Source: Octopus vulgaris (lineage: Eukaryota). From it: a stretch of DNA of 64,000 nt. Positions within the stretch are counted from its first letter, which is position 1. Every line of letters begins with the position of its first letter. Position numbers and translations under genes: made by a program. The stretch spans positions 126,108,001 to 126,172,000 of the forward strand of contig OX597816.1 in NCBI GenBank assembly GCA_951406725.2, written 5' to 3'. Below, piece after piece: positions 47,032 through 63,529 of the stretch. The notes beneath the pieces are model-generated. The model was given only the letters and a program-made list of their open reading frames with translations, searched no databases and was not told the DNA's origin.

Positions 47032-48077
47032 CCACACACACCCTTGTTCGTACGTATACACGCGCACTCACCTACACACATATATATGTTGATATTCACT
47101 CGTATGAATGTGTTTTATAATACATTTATCTACATACTAGAAATGTTTTATTTCGTTGAATTGAAATATCCAGTTAAAATATAGATTTATCTGAATTGAT
47201 ATATTTGAAAATATTTGACTACCCCCCCCCCTCTGTGTGTGTGTGTGTGTGTATGTGTGTGTGTGTGTGTGTTTAAAGGTTGCCTATTCTAAGATATTGT
47301 ATATTACGCTTGGTAACACTGTTGCACTTCCTGTGCATGCTTCTACTGTATCGAGTCACAAACAATAACTAAGTCACTTTCCGTTTGCATTCAGGGTCTC
47401 CTGTTGCATCACTGCTGTTTGACAAAGGGTAGTTTGTTAGTGAGAATGCAGTTTTTGGCAATGCCGCCTTGTGGGTTTGTATTAATTTGATTCGAACAAG
47501 AGCTAAGTCAGTAAATAAGCACAGCAGAGTAAATTTATCGTAGTTAGCTTGTCATTTGAAACGCTTTATGCCCTTTCTTGCAGAGAGACTAAAAAATAGT
47601 TGATCATTAATTATCCTAAATATAGTGACTTCTAAGAATGTTGCATGCCATTAATTATAGTTTTCTTTTTATATAATTTTTTTTTATATGTTCTTGAGAT
47701 AAAGAATAATCGTAAGCTTTTACAGGCAAATGTACATACAATTATCTAATTCGTCTTAGATTTATATTTAGTGTATGTTAGCAGAATACATTTAACGCAA
47801 TCCCTTACATTCGTAAGCATAAACACATGTGTATGTGTATATGTCTGTGAATGTGTGAAAATGAATATTTATAAACATATCTATACACAAATGTGTGTGT
47901 GTGTCTGTAGTATATGTGTGTATATGTATGTGTACGTATATATGTATTTATATATGTGTATATATATATATATAGACACACACACAAAAACTTACCAAAA
48001 ATATTAAGTTTATAATATATATGTACACATGCATGTACATGTATACTATATATATGTATATATATATATACACGTAT

Positions 48078-48126
<49 letters not shown>

Positions 48127-48309
48127 CATATATATATATATATATACACATGTACATATATATATACACATGTATATATATATATACACATGTACATATA
48201 TATATACACATGTATATATATATATACACATATATATATATACACATGTACATATATATATACACATATATAATATATATATATATATATAATGTATGTA
48301 TATTATATA

Positions 48310-48418
48310 TCACGTGACCGACCAGACCATCAGATGTTGTTGCACATCGCTGGTCACAATGCGTTCACATTGTTTTAGCCTTCGAATGACGCCACCCCGC
48401 TGGTTAAGCGAGCAGGCC

Positions 48419-48419
<1 letters not shown>
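48310..48419 (+). mobile_element. Short interspersed repeat fragment (same as 10512-10623)
   Basis: Direct homology within the window. Confidence 0.7.
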
Positions 48420-48461
<42 letters not shown>

Positions 48462-48466
48462 CATGA

Positions 48467-48762
48467 CATCATAATGAAGAGTAGAGAATTCTACATCTTC
48501 AAAATTTATTGATTAAAGTATTTCCTTCACATACCATTCCAACACATGTTTCTGTTGGATAAGTGTCTCGTTGTCATCCTTTGATATAGCACTTGCATGC
48601 ATTTTGTTGATTTATATCAAATCAGCTAAATGCACATGAGTGCTATATCAAAGGAAACTGAGACACTTATCCTGCAGAAACACATGTCAGAATTGAATAT
48701 GAAGAAAATATTTTGATATATAAATTTTGAAGATGTATGATTCTCTATTCTTCATTATGATG
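48467..48762. repeat. ~296-bp imperfect palindrome (long hairpin)
   Basis: CATCATAATGAAGAGTAGAGAAT pairs with ATTCTCTATTCTTCATTATGATG; GGATAAGTGTCTC with GAGACACTTATCC; CCTTTGATATAGCACT with AGTGCTATATCAAAGG; centre ~48615. Confidence 0.88.
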
Positions 48763-48972
48763 GTCTGTTCATGTATTCTGCATGTTACATGGAATCCAAA
48801 GAAGTGAACTCAGAATTTACCTATCAAATGAAGTACAGTTTGTTTGTCTTATGTAGTTAGCCAGATATGGATTGTGTCACACTGTGCTCATTAGGTATCT
48901 GCCTGGATTTGAAACCCATATTCTTTTATATTATATGTATATGTGTGTGTGTGTGTGTGTATGAGTATATAT

Positions 48973-49368
48973 AGGCACAGCTGTGGTAAGAAATTTGCTT
49001 CCCAACCACAGGGTCGAAGGTTCTGTCCCACCTTCAGCAAATGTCTTCAACTATAGCATCGAGATGACCAAAGCCTTGTCAGTGGATTTAGTAGATATTA
49101 ATTGAAAGAGACCTGTTATACATATATATGAATATATGTGGTGGTGGTGTGTGTGTGTGTGTGGGGGGGGTTGAATCAGTGTTTGCTCCCCATCACAGCT
49201 TGACAACTGATGTTCATGTGCTAAGGCCCCAGTAAAAGACACTGATAGAATAAGTACCAGGCTTTAAAAAAAAATAACTACTGGGGGTTGATTGATTTCA
49301 CTAAAATATCTTCAAGGTCAAGCCCCAACATACCTAGAGTTTAATGAGTGAAACAACTAAAGGGAAAG
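48973..49368 (+). mobile_element. Decayed tRNA-derived SINE family 3
   Basis: Homologous to 53266-53630 (TGTGGTAAGAA..TTGCTT.CCAACCAC, CCAAAGCCT, GATAGAATAAGTAC). Confidence 0.7.
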
Positions 49369-49423
49369 GTATATATATATATATATATACCCATGTGTAT
49401 TTGTTGCTGTGTATATATATATA

Positions 49424-51051
49424 CAGTTGCGGCCAAAATGTTCAGAACGGCATTGTTTTCGTCAGAAAAGTATGTATAAGTTTTTGTTAAAGTTGTTTTA
49501 TATTCTATAATTTTCACAGACAATAAATACGATATTATTTGTTATTGTCTGAGATTTTGGTGTAATTTGAGAGGATAATAAAAAAGTTATGGATGATTTA
49601 GTGATTTACTGCAAAACCCATGGCGGCCAAAATGATCAGAACGGTTGCTTTTACTCCATGTTTTAGTATATTTAACCGTCGAACTCTAATGTTTTGAATT
49701 TGTTTACGTGACAGTTCGTTTACTAAACATTAGTAAGAATATCTGCAGTGTACTTGGTTAATATAATGCCACTTACACCATTACCAATTCGTCAGCAGAT
49801 TATTAAGCTTCGAAAGAAGGATAATTTAAGTATTAGGTCTATTGCAAAGATTGTTAACGAGTCAAAAAGTGTTGTACACGGTATTCTTAAGGTCTACGAT
49901 GATTGTGGTTCATGTGAAGCAAGAAAGTCTACAGGCAGGCCAAGAAAAACGACCAAGAGAGAAGATCGTGCTATGGTAAAGTTGGTTAAAAAGGACATTT
50001 AAAACTGCTGCTGCTGTTTTTCGGGAAATGAGCATTGTACTGAAGAAAACTTTATCTCGAAATACTGTGTCTCGTCCTTTAGTTGAACATGACCTACAAG
50101 CAAGAGCACCTGCAGTGAAGCCACTGATCAGCTCCAAGAATAAAAAGTGTCATCTTACCTTTGCAACCGAACATGTGTTGTGGTCTCAAGAAAAATGGCA
50201 AACGGTGCATTTCAGTGATGAATCTAAGTTTATGTTATTTGGCTCAGATGGGAAAAGGTACGTTCGTCGAAAAGCAGGTGAAAAATTGTCACCTAAATGC
50301 CTTAAGACTAGTGTTAAATTCAGTGGAGGAAGTGTCATGGTTTGGGGGATGATATCTGGAGATGTTGTGGGCCCTTTGCTGCGATTACATGGAAAGTTAA
50401 ATGCAGGAGTTTATAAACAACTTGTAAAAGATCATGTCTTGCCTGTGCTGAGAAATTCAACTAAGCGACCACCCATATTCATGCAGGACAATGCCCCATG
50501 TCACAAGGCTAAGGTGGTCATGAACTTCCTCAAGGCTGAAAAGGTTATTGTTATGGATTGGCCTGCTCAAGGCCCAGACCTCAATCCTATTGAAAATGTG
50601 TTGAATATTCTAGGAGAATGTTTGAAAGCCAGAAATCCTAAACCAACCGAGCAATTATGGAATGCCCATCAGGAAGAATGGAATAAGATCTCCCACCAAG
50701 AAATTGAAAATTTAATTTCCCCATGCAGTCAAAAATGTCAAACTTTGATTGAAGCTAAAGGGCTTCACACTAAATATGAAATAATTCTAGCATTCTCTGT
50801 CACCTTTTGATTATTTTGTTATTTTTTCAACCGTTCTGATCATTTTGGGCACCATGGGTTTTGCAGTAAATCACTATATCATCCATAACTTTTGTATTAT
50901 CCACTCAAATTACACCAAAATCTCAGACAATACCAATTAATATCGTATTTATTGTCTGTGAAAATTATAGAATATAAAACAACTTTAATAAAAATGTATA
51001 CCTACTTTTCTGGCGAAAACAATGCCGTTCTGAACATTTTGGCCAATACTG
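49424..51051 (+). mobile_element. Tc1-family DNA transposon, IR/DR type, 1628 bp
   Basis: TA|CAGT...ACTG|TA; ~220-bp TIRs (49424-49647, ~50829-51051), each with an outer and an inner GGCCAAAATG.TCAGAACGG direct repeat. Confidence 0.95.
49766..50780 (+). pseudogene. Tc1 transposase (DD34E) with a frameshift near 49997
   Basis: HTH N-terminus and GRPRKT linker in one frame; HFSDES, VMVWG, FMQDNAPCH and PDLNPIE (34 residues between D and E) in another; the C-terminal HTKY stop appears lost. Confidence 0.92.
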
Positions 51052-51500
51052 TATATATAGGTATATATGTATGTGTGTATGTATATATATATGTGTGTGT
51101 GTGTTTATATATGTGTGTTTGTGTGTATGTGTTTGTATATATATGCATATAAATGCGTTTGTATATAAATGAGTATGTATATATATGTGTGTGTATATAT
51201 ATATGTGTGTATGTGTATATAGATGTATATGTGTATGTATATGTGTATGTATATAAGTGTGTGTGTATATATGTATGCATGTACATATATATATTAGCCT
51301 AGGTATAGTGAGAGCCACTGGTGAGAATTAAGATGCTCAGCATTAAAATTCGAAATATGGCTGTCAGCTTATTAAGATAGTGCTCTTGTGGCTAATGATT
51401 TCTTCTTACTTCAAGCAATGCAGGTACCACTTTGTACTCTCTATCACCTTAGTGACATCTATAAATTTGCCTTTCGATTGTTCAATTGTTAAAGCTCACC

Positions 51501-51555
<55 letters not shown>

Positions 51556-51710
51556 ACACATATATGTGTGTGTGTGTGTGTGTATACACATATATATATG
51601 TGTGTGTGTGTATACACATATATAATGTGTGTGTGTGTATACACATAATATGTGTGTGTGTGTGTGTATTTATTTGTACGTATGTATATATACATATATA
51701 TGTATGTATT

Positions 51711-51747
<37 letters not shown>

Positions 51748-51749
<2 letters not shown>

Positions 51750-52905
51750 TAGGGACGTCGGAAAGTAATTTTGTTTTTCATCAATATGAAATATGCATCA
51801 ACCAATCTTGTCAGAGTCAAGGTCAAATGGGTGGGTACTGTCTAGAAATAGTCTATCATCTTTTCTATCCAGCAGTGTATCTTTCATAGTAATTTCAGTA
51901 CTTAACCTATGGAGGTTAAGAACTTTATAAAACAACATATTTGCCATTCTTTACTGTATGAGATTCAAAAGAAAAGTACTGCTACAAAAGCTATGAAAAT
52001 CATTTGTGAAGTGTATTTGGATGCAGTGAAAGCTCATACATTTCAGCTGTGGTTTAAAAGGTTCAAAGATGGCGATTGTAAGATATCCAACACGCCTTGC
52101 TCTGGAGGACAACCCACTCTGATAACCACTTTGAATGAATCTTTTGAATGAGACTATTGTATTGGATCCACATCAAAGTACCAGAGATTTGGCACAAAAA
52201 TTTAATGTGTCATGTTCAACTATCCACTAACATCTCAAGCAAATTGGAAAAACATGCAAAGAAGGAATTTGGGTTCCACATGAGCTTATGCTTGAGAACC
52301 AAACATGACGTTCCATCGTCTGGAGCAGTCTTCTAGTAAGGAATAACAACCTGTCATTTCTGCAGCCCCTTGTTACAGGTGATGAGAAATGGATTTTGCA
52401 TCACAACAGAAAGTAAAAAAGACTGGTTATCACAAGGTCAGTGCCAACACCAAAACCAGAACTCCATCCACAAAATTCTTTGCTCCGTGTTTAGTGGAAC
52501 CTGAAAGGTATCATCCATTATGAGCTACTGAAACATGGAAGGACCATCAATAAAGATCTCTATTACCATCAACTTGATCATGTAAATGAAATATTACATT
52601 GAAAGTGGCCAGCATTGGTAAACAGGAAAGATGTTATTCTCTAGCATGGCTGCATTCTTCAAAAGAAACCCAACAAAAAATAAGTTTGTTAGGATGGCAA
52701 GTTCTTCCACATCTTCCATGATCACTTGACTTAGTACGTATGGATTTCCGTCTGTTCCAATCTCTAGAACCATTCTATTTGAGGCAAAACATTCAGAAAC
52801 AGAGAAGAAGTTGGAAACAGTCTTTCAGACCTTTTTTCATGAAAAGAAATAGGTTTCTATGAATGTGGCTTAAAAAAAGTTATTGGGCTGCAGTCATTGA
52901 AAATG
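51748..52905 (+). pseudogene. Decayed mariner-family transposon (transposase pseudogene)
   Basis: Remnant motifs WFKRFKDGD, WVPHEL, VTGDEKWI, a GIIHYELL region and a degraded SPDLAPSDYHLF-like block; many stops and frameshifts; right TIR not seen. Confidence 0.85.
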
Positions 52906-53265
52906 ATAAGGTGCATTGTTCACAGTGTCGAGCTGACAATAACAACATTGTATGTTCCATTCCAGAACTGAGCAGTGTGTGTTCTTGAGCTAAACCCATT
53001 TTCCCATGACTCCAGATCACTCAGCTGTAGAAATGAGTTGCGGTGTCATTGGTGTCAAGCTGTATCAGCTTTTCCCTTTTTCCCTTGGACAATATCAGTG
53101 GTGTGAAGAAGAAAGACTAATATGTATGGGTAATGGCTGGTCTTCCACAGATGACCTTGTCTAGACTTGTGCCTCAGAGAGAAACTATCTAGGTGCTATC
53201 CCATGGTCATTCATGACTGAAGGGGAAAGAATAAAAGTAAAATAATAAAAACTATTTACATATAA

Positions 53266-53630
53266 GTGCAGTCGTGGCTGTGTGGTAAGAAGCTTGCTTC
53301 GCAACCACATAGTTCTGTGTTCAGTCCCACTACATGGCACCCTAGGCAAGTGTTTTCTACTACAGCCACAGGCCAACCAAAGCCTGGGAGCCGGAGTGGA
53401 TTTGTTAGACAAAAACTGAAAGAAGCCTGTCGTATATATATATATATATATATGTATTGGTAATTTGTGTCTGTTTGTCCCCCACTATCGCTTAACAACC
53501 AATGGCTCGGCAAAAGAAAACTGATAGAATAAGTACTAGGCTTACAATGGATAAGTCCTGTGGTTGATTTGTTCAACTAAAGGCAGCACTCCACCATGGA
53601 TGCAGCCAAATGACTGAAAAGAATAAAAGA
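53266..53630 (+). mobile_element. tRNA-derived SINE family 3
   Basis: GTGGCTGTGTGGTAAG (A-box-like), GTTCAGTCCC (B-box-like), internal (TA)n, 3' tail resembling the LINE A/C 3' UTR. Confidence 0.78.
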
Positions 53631-54144
53631 ATATAAACATATGTATATATACACCACATGCACACACATATATTTATATGTTTATATATATTAATATAGA
53701 TAGGAAAGTTATAAATAAAGGTCATTACATATTTTTCCTTTATTAGAGCAAATTTGGCTTACAGCTGTTTCCCGTAGTTATTTTAGGTACATTACTGGTA
53801 GGTTCACTCAATCAGTCTATTGATCAGTTGAGAAAAATTGAATGACCTAAATAAGTTAATGTTACTTTCCTCAGAGCCATTTCTTGTTATAACAAAGCAG
53901 AACACTGAAGGAATGGTGAGTGTATGGGGGAGGGAGGAAATGATGGAAAGATGCAAGTAGAATAGAGAAAAAGAAGAAGACAGGTTATGAAGGGGTGAAG
54001 AGAAGTAAGGAAAGGACAGAGAAAGGGGTCACTTAATAGAATTAGGAGTATAGGACAGCTGAAATTTGGGAAAAATACAGTCATAAAACATTAGTGTTTT
54101 TAGCAACAGGAACAAATTAACATTGTTTTCAGTTATATATATAA

Positions 54145-54145
<1 letters not shown>

Positions 54146-54209
<64 letters not shown>

Positions 54210-54233
54210 CTGACAGACAAACAGACAGACAGA
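54146..54233. repeat. (GATA)n/(GACA)n array
   Basis: Visible directly. Confidence 0.95.
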
Positions 54234-54902
54234 TATGAAAAGAAATGAAGCAAAAATTAACAATTAGAAGTTGATCATTGGTGTTTTATATATATATATA
54301 TATGATTTCTTCATCAATTATCATCCCCTTTTCCATACTCACATGAGTTGGACATTTCACCTGGAACTCAGCTAGATAGGTACACTAAGCTTCAGTATCT
54401 GCTTTGACATGGTTTCTGCTGCTGGATGCTTCTCCTAATGCCAACCCTTTTACAAAGTGTACTGGGTGTTTTTATTTTTGTGGCACCAACACAAGTGAGG
54501 TCACCAAGTACTGACAATGCAAAACCCCTCATCTGAGTGGTGTATAGTATTGAAGGATCTATGAATCTGATAGTGGGACAGGAACTATTTTCTTGCTGAA
54601 GATATGTATCCATATCTTTTATGTATTTTAGCCAAAAGGCTGTAACCATGCTGGGGCTCTGCCAGTATCATCACATTTTCAATGGCTATTCCTATGAGGT
54701 GCTTTCATTGGGTGAGGAAAATTGTTGTTGCTGCTCTCATTTGAATTTATTGCCTTGATATTGCCTCATCTGAGATCTTGGATAGCAGAAGGTCAGAATG
54801 TTTCTTGGAAACATGTCCACTCCATGTAAATCTCGTACGTGTATATATAGTTATATAAATACATATACACATACATACATACATATATACGTTATATATA
54901 TA

Positions 54903-55716
54903 TCATCATCATCATCATCATCATCATCGTTTAACGTCCGTTCTCCATGCTAGCATGTGTTGGACGGTTCGACCGGGGATCTGGGAAGCCAGAAGGCTGC
55001 ACCAGACTCCAGTCTTATCTGGCAATGTTTCTACAGCTGGATGCCCTTCCTAACGCCAACCACTCCATGAGTGTAGTGGGTACTTTTTACGTGCCACCTG
55101 CACAGGTGCCAGGCGAGGCTGGCAATGGCCACGGTCGGATTGGTGTATTTTACGTGCCACCGGCACGGAAGCCAGTCGAGGCGGTGCTGGCATTGGCCAC
55201 GAGTCGGATAGTGCTTTTTACGTACCACCAGTCCAGGGGTCCTGGCTTGTTCAATTCGATTTCGATTTCGCTTGCCCCAACATGTCTTCGCAAGCAAAGG
55301 GGGTTGGCATGGGTGCCTGTCGTCGGATGAGGTTCTATATCGACTTCGCTTGCCTCAACAGGTCTTTGTGTCCAAGGGAGGAAAGGCATGCATAAGTGAG
55401 CTGAGCTCACTTGTCCTGCCTGGTCTTCTCACGTACAGCATATTTCCAAAGGTCTCGGTCGCTGGTCATTTCCTCAGTGAGGCCTAAAGTTCGAAGGTTG
55501 TGCTTCACCACCTCGTCCCAGGTTTTCCTGGGTCTACCTCTTCCACGGGTTCCCTCAACTGCTAGGGATTGGCACTTTCTCACACACCTATCTTCATCCA
55601 TTCTCGCCACATGACCATACCAGCGCAATCGTCTTTCTTGCACACCACAACTGATGCTTCTTAGGTACAACATTTCTCTCAAGGTACTAACGCTCTGTCG
55701 AGTATGTACACTGACT
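54903..55716 (-). mobile_element. RTE-clade LINE 3' end (RT C-terminus + 3' UTR + (GAT)n tail)
   Basis: VQERRLRWYGHVARMDEDRCVRK...GTRGRGRPRKTWDEVV...DRDLWK is the characteristic RTE C-terminus; stop at 55407. Confidence 0.92.
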
Positions 55717-55737
55717 ATATATATATATATATATATA

Positions 55738-55945
55738 GTTAATCCAAACAAGAAAGCACAAAAAAAACACAACAACGTGAGGACGTGGAACAAATATAGT
55801 ATTATTGGACGCTCAGGAAAGAAGGAGGGCTTAACGTTTCGAGCGGAGCTCTTCGTTGGAAACATAGGAGAAGGAAAGATCCAGAGAAGGGAAGACACAG
55901 GAAAAAAAATCGCCAACGGTACACACGATGTCACATTTTGAAAGA
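55738..55945 (-). mobile_element. Penelope-like pseudo-LTR fragment with degenerate hammerhead-like motif (55829-55863)
   Basis: Minus strand GUUU-CCAACGA-A-GAGC UCC GCUC-GAAA-CG-UU-AAGC followed by TTCCTGAGCGTCCAATAATAC, similar to 31885-31960. Confidence 0.55.
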
Positions 55946-56149
55946 CACTTATATATAATTATACTGTCTTTTGCTCTGTGATCTGGTGGTCTTTGAGGAA
56001 GCTAGAGATAGACGAATGATTTGTGAAAGCCATACATACAAGCCATTTATGGGGATGCTGTCAGTAAGTGAGAGTTAGTCATGAGTAGACTGGTGAATCT
56101 AGTATACCAGTAGCAGTTTAACTGAGCTTGGTTTTCAATTGCTTCCTAT

Positions 56150-57185
56150 TCATTTTTGTCCTTAAGGATAAACAGAAGAAACTAAGACCAGCTGTCTTTG
56201 GTAACTACTATATGCTGATGAGCATGTTCTCATAGCAGAATGTGTAACAAAATTAGCAAAGAAATTCCAGTCGTTGAAACAGAATTTGGAAGGTAAGGGC
56301 ATTAAAGTTAACTTATATCTAAGTTAAGCAGGAAATAGACAGGACTCTACTTTCTTCAACTAAATGGCCCTACTTGATGTGTAGGGAGGAGTTCCATATG
56401 GTATAGGCTGATGATATTGACCTGTTGTGAAGCAGAACAAAAGGAGCTCACCATCAGATTAGGTATAGTATCAGAAGCATATGAGATGGAGATCGGCATA
56501 GAAAAGAGCATGATCCTGGTTAATAGTAAAAACCAAAACATAGCAACCAACATCATGCTAAGCGGTGAGAAACTAGAAGTGGACCACTTCAGGTATTGCG
56601 GATCCACTCTAACCGAAGACGACAAATCTCAAAAGGAGATAACAACAAAACTCAATTTAGCCTCTACTGCCATGACAAAGCAGAGCATCCCATAGAAAAG
56701 CAATTCCATTAGTTTGATCCTTCTGAATGAGTATGAAAGCTGGTCTCTTACAACTGACATGGAGCAAAGAATCAAGGCAGAAGTGCTTCAGAAGGCAGCT
56801 ACACATCACATACATGGAGCAAAGAATCAAGGCAGAAGTGCTTCAGAAGGCAGCTACACATCACATACACGGAGCACAAAATTGTCCAGCAACAAAACAA
56901 ACAGATATGCTGTCAAACAACAATCTCTCCTTGGTCAAATAAAAAACAAAAGCTTTCCTGGTATGGTCATGTATCTTCCCACAACTCCCTATCCAAAACC
57001 ATTCTCTTCAGGGCACAGTTGAGGCAGGGCAAAAGTATGGGATACAGAGATAATCTTGCTTTGACATCAAGGTCTTAACAGGTCCCAACACAGTGAAGCC
57101 GCTATCCATGACAGAGAACAGAGTTCAGTGGTGATGGCTGACTACAAAAGCATCTACAGCTGTGTCAGTCAAGGGATGTTGATGA
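56150..57185 (+). pseudogene. Highly decayed RTE-like RT fragments
   Basis: Two YAD-like / ADD-like sites (~56211, ~56407), EVDHFRYCGSTL, LLNEYESWSL and WYGHV-like blocks; ~57-bp internal tandem duplication at ~56757-56870. Confidence 0.6.
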
Positions 57186-57405
57186 TAAGGATATATAAAT
57201 GCATGTATGTGTTATTCTGTGTATATATATATTTATATATATATTTATGTGTTTGTGTGGGGTGTATGTTTATATATATGTGTATATATCATAATAATAA
57301 TAACCCTTGGACAGATATATATATCTGTGTGTATATATAAATATATATATATGATATATATATAAATATCTATCTGTATATATATATATATATATATGTA
57401 TAATT

Positions 57406-58062
57406 CATAATAGAATATATGGCTGAAAATCACATTAATGATTTTTATCATGTAGTCAGCATGCTATAAAAATTTATAGGCAATTTATACATTAAATTGA
57501 TAATAATGTACATATGTATATAATTAGGTTAAGGGAGCAAGGACATAAACAACCTATCTCCATCATGCTTCCAGTGCCAATACCTTCAAAAGACTACCAA
57601 GATCTCCAGATAAATATACAAATGGCTGAAAGTGGGCTGGTGAGAGAAAATTAATAACACCCAAGTTAATTGTGAATTAGTTCCCAATTTCTGGATTAGA
57701 GCAAAACATAAGCTTTCTTCCTTTGTCAACACAATACATGGGGGAAATATAAGTCCAAATAACTGTACATACCGTTCAAAGTAGGTTCACATGTCTAGAT
57801 ATAAATATTTGCACATATAGATCCAGCGAAAGTCAGTTTTAAATCCTCTCAAAACAGCCAACATGTATATTATAAAAATAGTCAAGCAGTAAATGCTATT
57901 TCAGTCAGGAGTAAAAATAATTAAATTATTTTATTTTAATTTATTTATTGAACCATAATAGAATATAAGGTTAAATATCACGTTAATGATTTTTATCATG
58001 TAGTCAGCATGCTATAAAAACTTTATAGGTAATTTATACATTAAATCAGTAATACTGTACAT
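57406..58062. repeat. Pair of ~108-bp direct repeats (57406-57513, 57954-58062) around a ~440-bp spacer
   Basis: Shared core TTAATGATTTTTATCATGTAGTCAGCATGCTATAAAAA...AATTTATACATTAAAT. Confidence 0.8.
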
Positions 58063-58132
58063 GTGTGTGTGTATAAGTTTGTGTGTTTGTCCCGCCAACA
58101 TCGTTTGACAACCGATGTGTTTACATCCCCGT

Positions 58133-58284
58133 ACAGCAGGGATTGCCACCAGCCCCTGCTGGAGCCCTGTGGAGCTTTAGGTGTTTTCACTTAATAAACA
58201 CTCACAACACCCGTCTGGGAATCGAAACCACAATCCTACAACTGTGAGTCCACTGCCCTAACCACTTGGCCATTGTGCCTCCAC
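58133..58284 (-). mobile_element. Decayed 5' part of SINE family 1
   Basis: Homologous to 10290-10441. Confidence 0.75.
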
Positions 58285-58289
58285 ATACT

Positions 58290-58372
<83 letters not shown>

Positions 58373-58409
58373 ATATATATATATATATGTGTATATATAT
58401 ATATATATG

Positions 58410-58450
<41 letters not shown>

Positions 58451-58471
58451 GTGTATATATATATATATGTG

Positions 58472-61327
<2,856 letters not shown>

Positions 61328-61370
61328 GTATGTATATATATATATATGTGTGTATATATATATATATGTG

Positions 61371-61433
<63 letters not shown>

Positions 61434-61439
61434 CTTAGA

Positions 61440-63185
61440 AAGGTTTTTGGCCAGTATTGGCCCAGGCCATGTCTAACTTAATAGCACCACCTGGCGAAGT
61501 CTTTCAGTTCAGGATTTGGGCACCAAGGCCCATTCGAGCAGAGAGTTATTGTTTGCGGAGACATATCCGGGTGTGGATGGTTTGTCCGGTACTGTTTGAA
61601 GGAATTTGTCCAAAGACTTCTTGAATTTTGTGTGGTCACTTTCTTTTTTGACGTGTCCTGGTGTAATGTTGAAGAGAGCGGGTCCAATTGAGGTGAAATA
61701 GTTGTGCCGTATTCTCGTTATGTGATGCGATTTAGATTTTTGTTGTGGACTGATGGCACGTGGTCCAAGCCTTGGATGCATTTTGAAGGTGATGCCAACA
61801 TCATTCGGACAGTGCTGATGGAATATTTTCCACATCATGCAGATAATGTAGCGTTCACGGCGTCGTTGGAGTGAATACAATTTCAGCTTCTCTAGTCTAC
61901 CCCAGTAGTCAAGGTCTGACATGCCATCTATCTTTTTTGTGATTGACCTTTGGGGAGCTTCAATTCTCATAATATTTTGTTTTGTGTAGGGAGACCACAG
62001 TGGACAGCAGTATTCAAGGTGGGGTCGGGCAAAAGTGGAGAAGAGAAGGATAATAGCGTGGGAATCTCTCGACTGGAAGGTTCTGAGAATCCAGGAACAC
62101 ATTCTGCGGGCCATGTCAACTTTGCTGCTTATATGTGTAGCCCAGCTTATGTTGTTGTCCACTGTTACTCCCAGGTCTCTGATGTTGTTGGATGCCATGA
62201 GAATTTCTCCAGAAGGAAGAGAGTATGGGAGTTTCAGAGCGTCCTCCCTTCCAAAGTGGACCAGTTCGAATTTGTCTTCATTTAGCAACATGTTATTCTT
62301 TTCCGCCCATTGGACAACAGCCAGTAGGTCTGACTGAAGGTTTATTCGGTCATCCACGCCATTGATGACCTTCTGGAGCTTGGAATCATCAGCGAAGGTT
62401 CTGATGTTGCTGTGTTTGATGGTGTCAGTAATATCATTTATGTAGATGATGAAGAGAAGTGGGCCCAACACAGTGCCTTGTGGGACACCACTGCTGACTT
62501 TGGCTGGGCTGGATTTGACTCCTTCGACTACAACATGTTGGGTTCTGTTAGAGAGGAAGCACTTGATCCATTGCAGCAGCTTTCCAGTGACACCAATATT
62601 GGACAGCTTTCTCAGAAGGATCTTATGATCAACCTTGTCAAAGGCCTTGCTGAAATCAAGGTAGATGACATCAGTGTTGGAACCCTCTCCCAAGGCTCTC
62701 AAAATGTCATCAAAATGATGCAGTAGCTGCGTCAGGCAATCTCTCCCATTACGGAATCCATGCTGGTTGGGGTTCAGCATATTATGACTCTCAAGGAAGT
62801 GAGTCATACGCGATCTCAGCACCCTCTCAAATACCTTGATGATATGAGAGGTGAGTGAGATTGGACGGTAATTCACGGCAAGCGATTTGTTTCCTTTTTG
62901 AAAACTGGGACAACAGACTGGGATAGAAGGTCTTCTGGTATATATCCAGCATCCAATGAGTTCCGCCACAGATTGGCTAGAGGGGGTGCAAGTTGGTTTT
63001 GACACATCTTCAAGACACAAGCAGGGAACCTATCGGGACCTACTGCTGAATTATGCTTCATTTCCTTTATTGCTGCTAAGACATCAGGAGCGCCAAATGT
63101 TATGTCCGATAAAGTGTATTGGGGAGTAACATCACTGATACAGCCCAGATCAGTCATATCAGAAATCAAGGTAGCTGATATCAGT
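61440..63185 (-). mobile_element. CR1/L2-like LINE (family B relative) with near-intact RT
   Basis: GPDRFPA, NYRPISLTSH, QHGFR, YLDFSKAFDKV, GVPQGTVLGPLLF, FADDSK; one frameshift in an A-run near 62895-62900. Confidence 0.94.
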
Positions 63186-63360
63186 CAATGTATATATATA
63201 ATATGATATGTGTGTATATCAGGCAATGTATCCCATATACGGAATCCATGCTGGTATGGGGTATCATATATATATCGAGTGAGTCATACGCGATATGTGT
63301 AAATATATATATATATATACATATATGTGTATATATATATATATATCACGGCAAGCGATT

Positions 63361-63421
<61 letters not shown>

Positions 63422-63425
63422 ATGA

Positions 63426-63474
<49 letters not shown>

Positions 63475-63529
63475 AGCCTATATATATGATATATATGTGT
63501 ATATATATATATGTATATGCTGCTAATAT

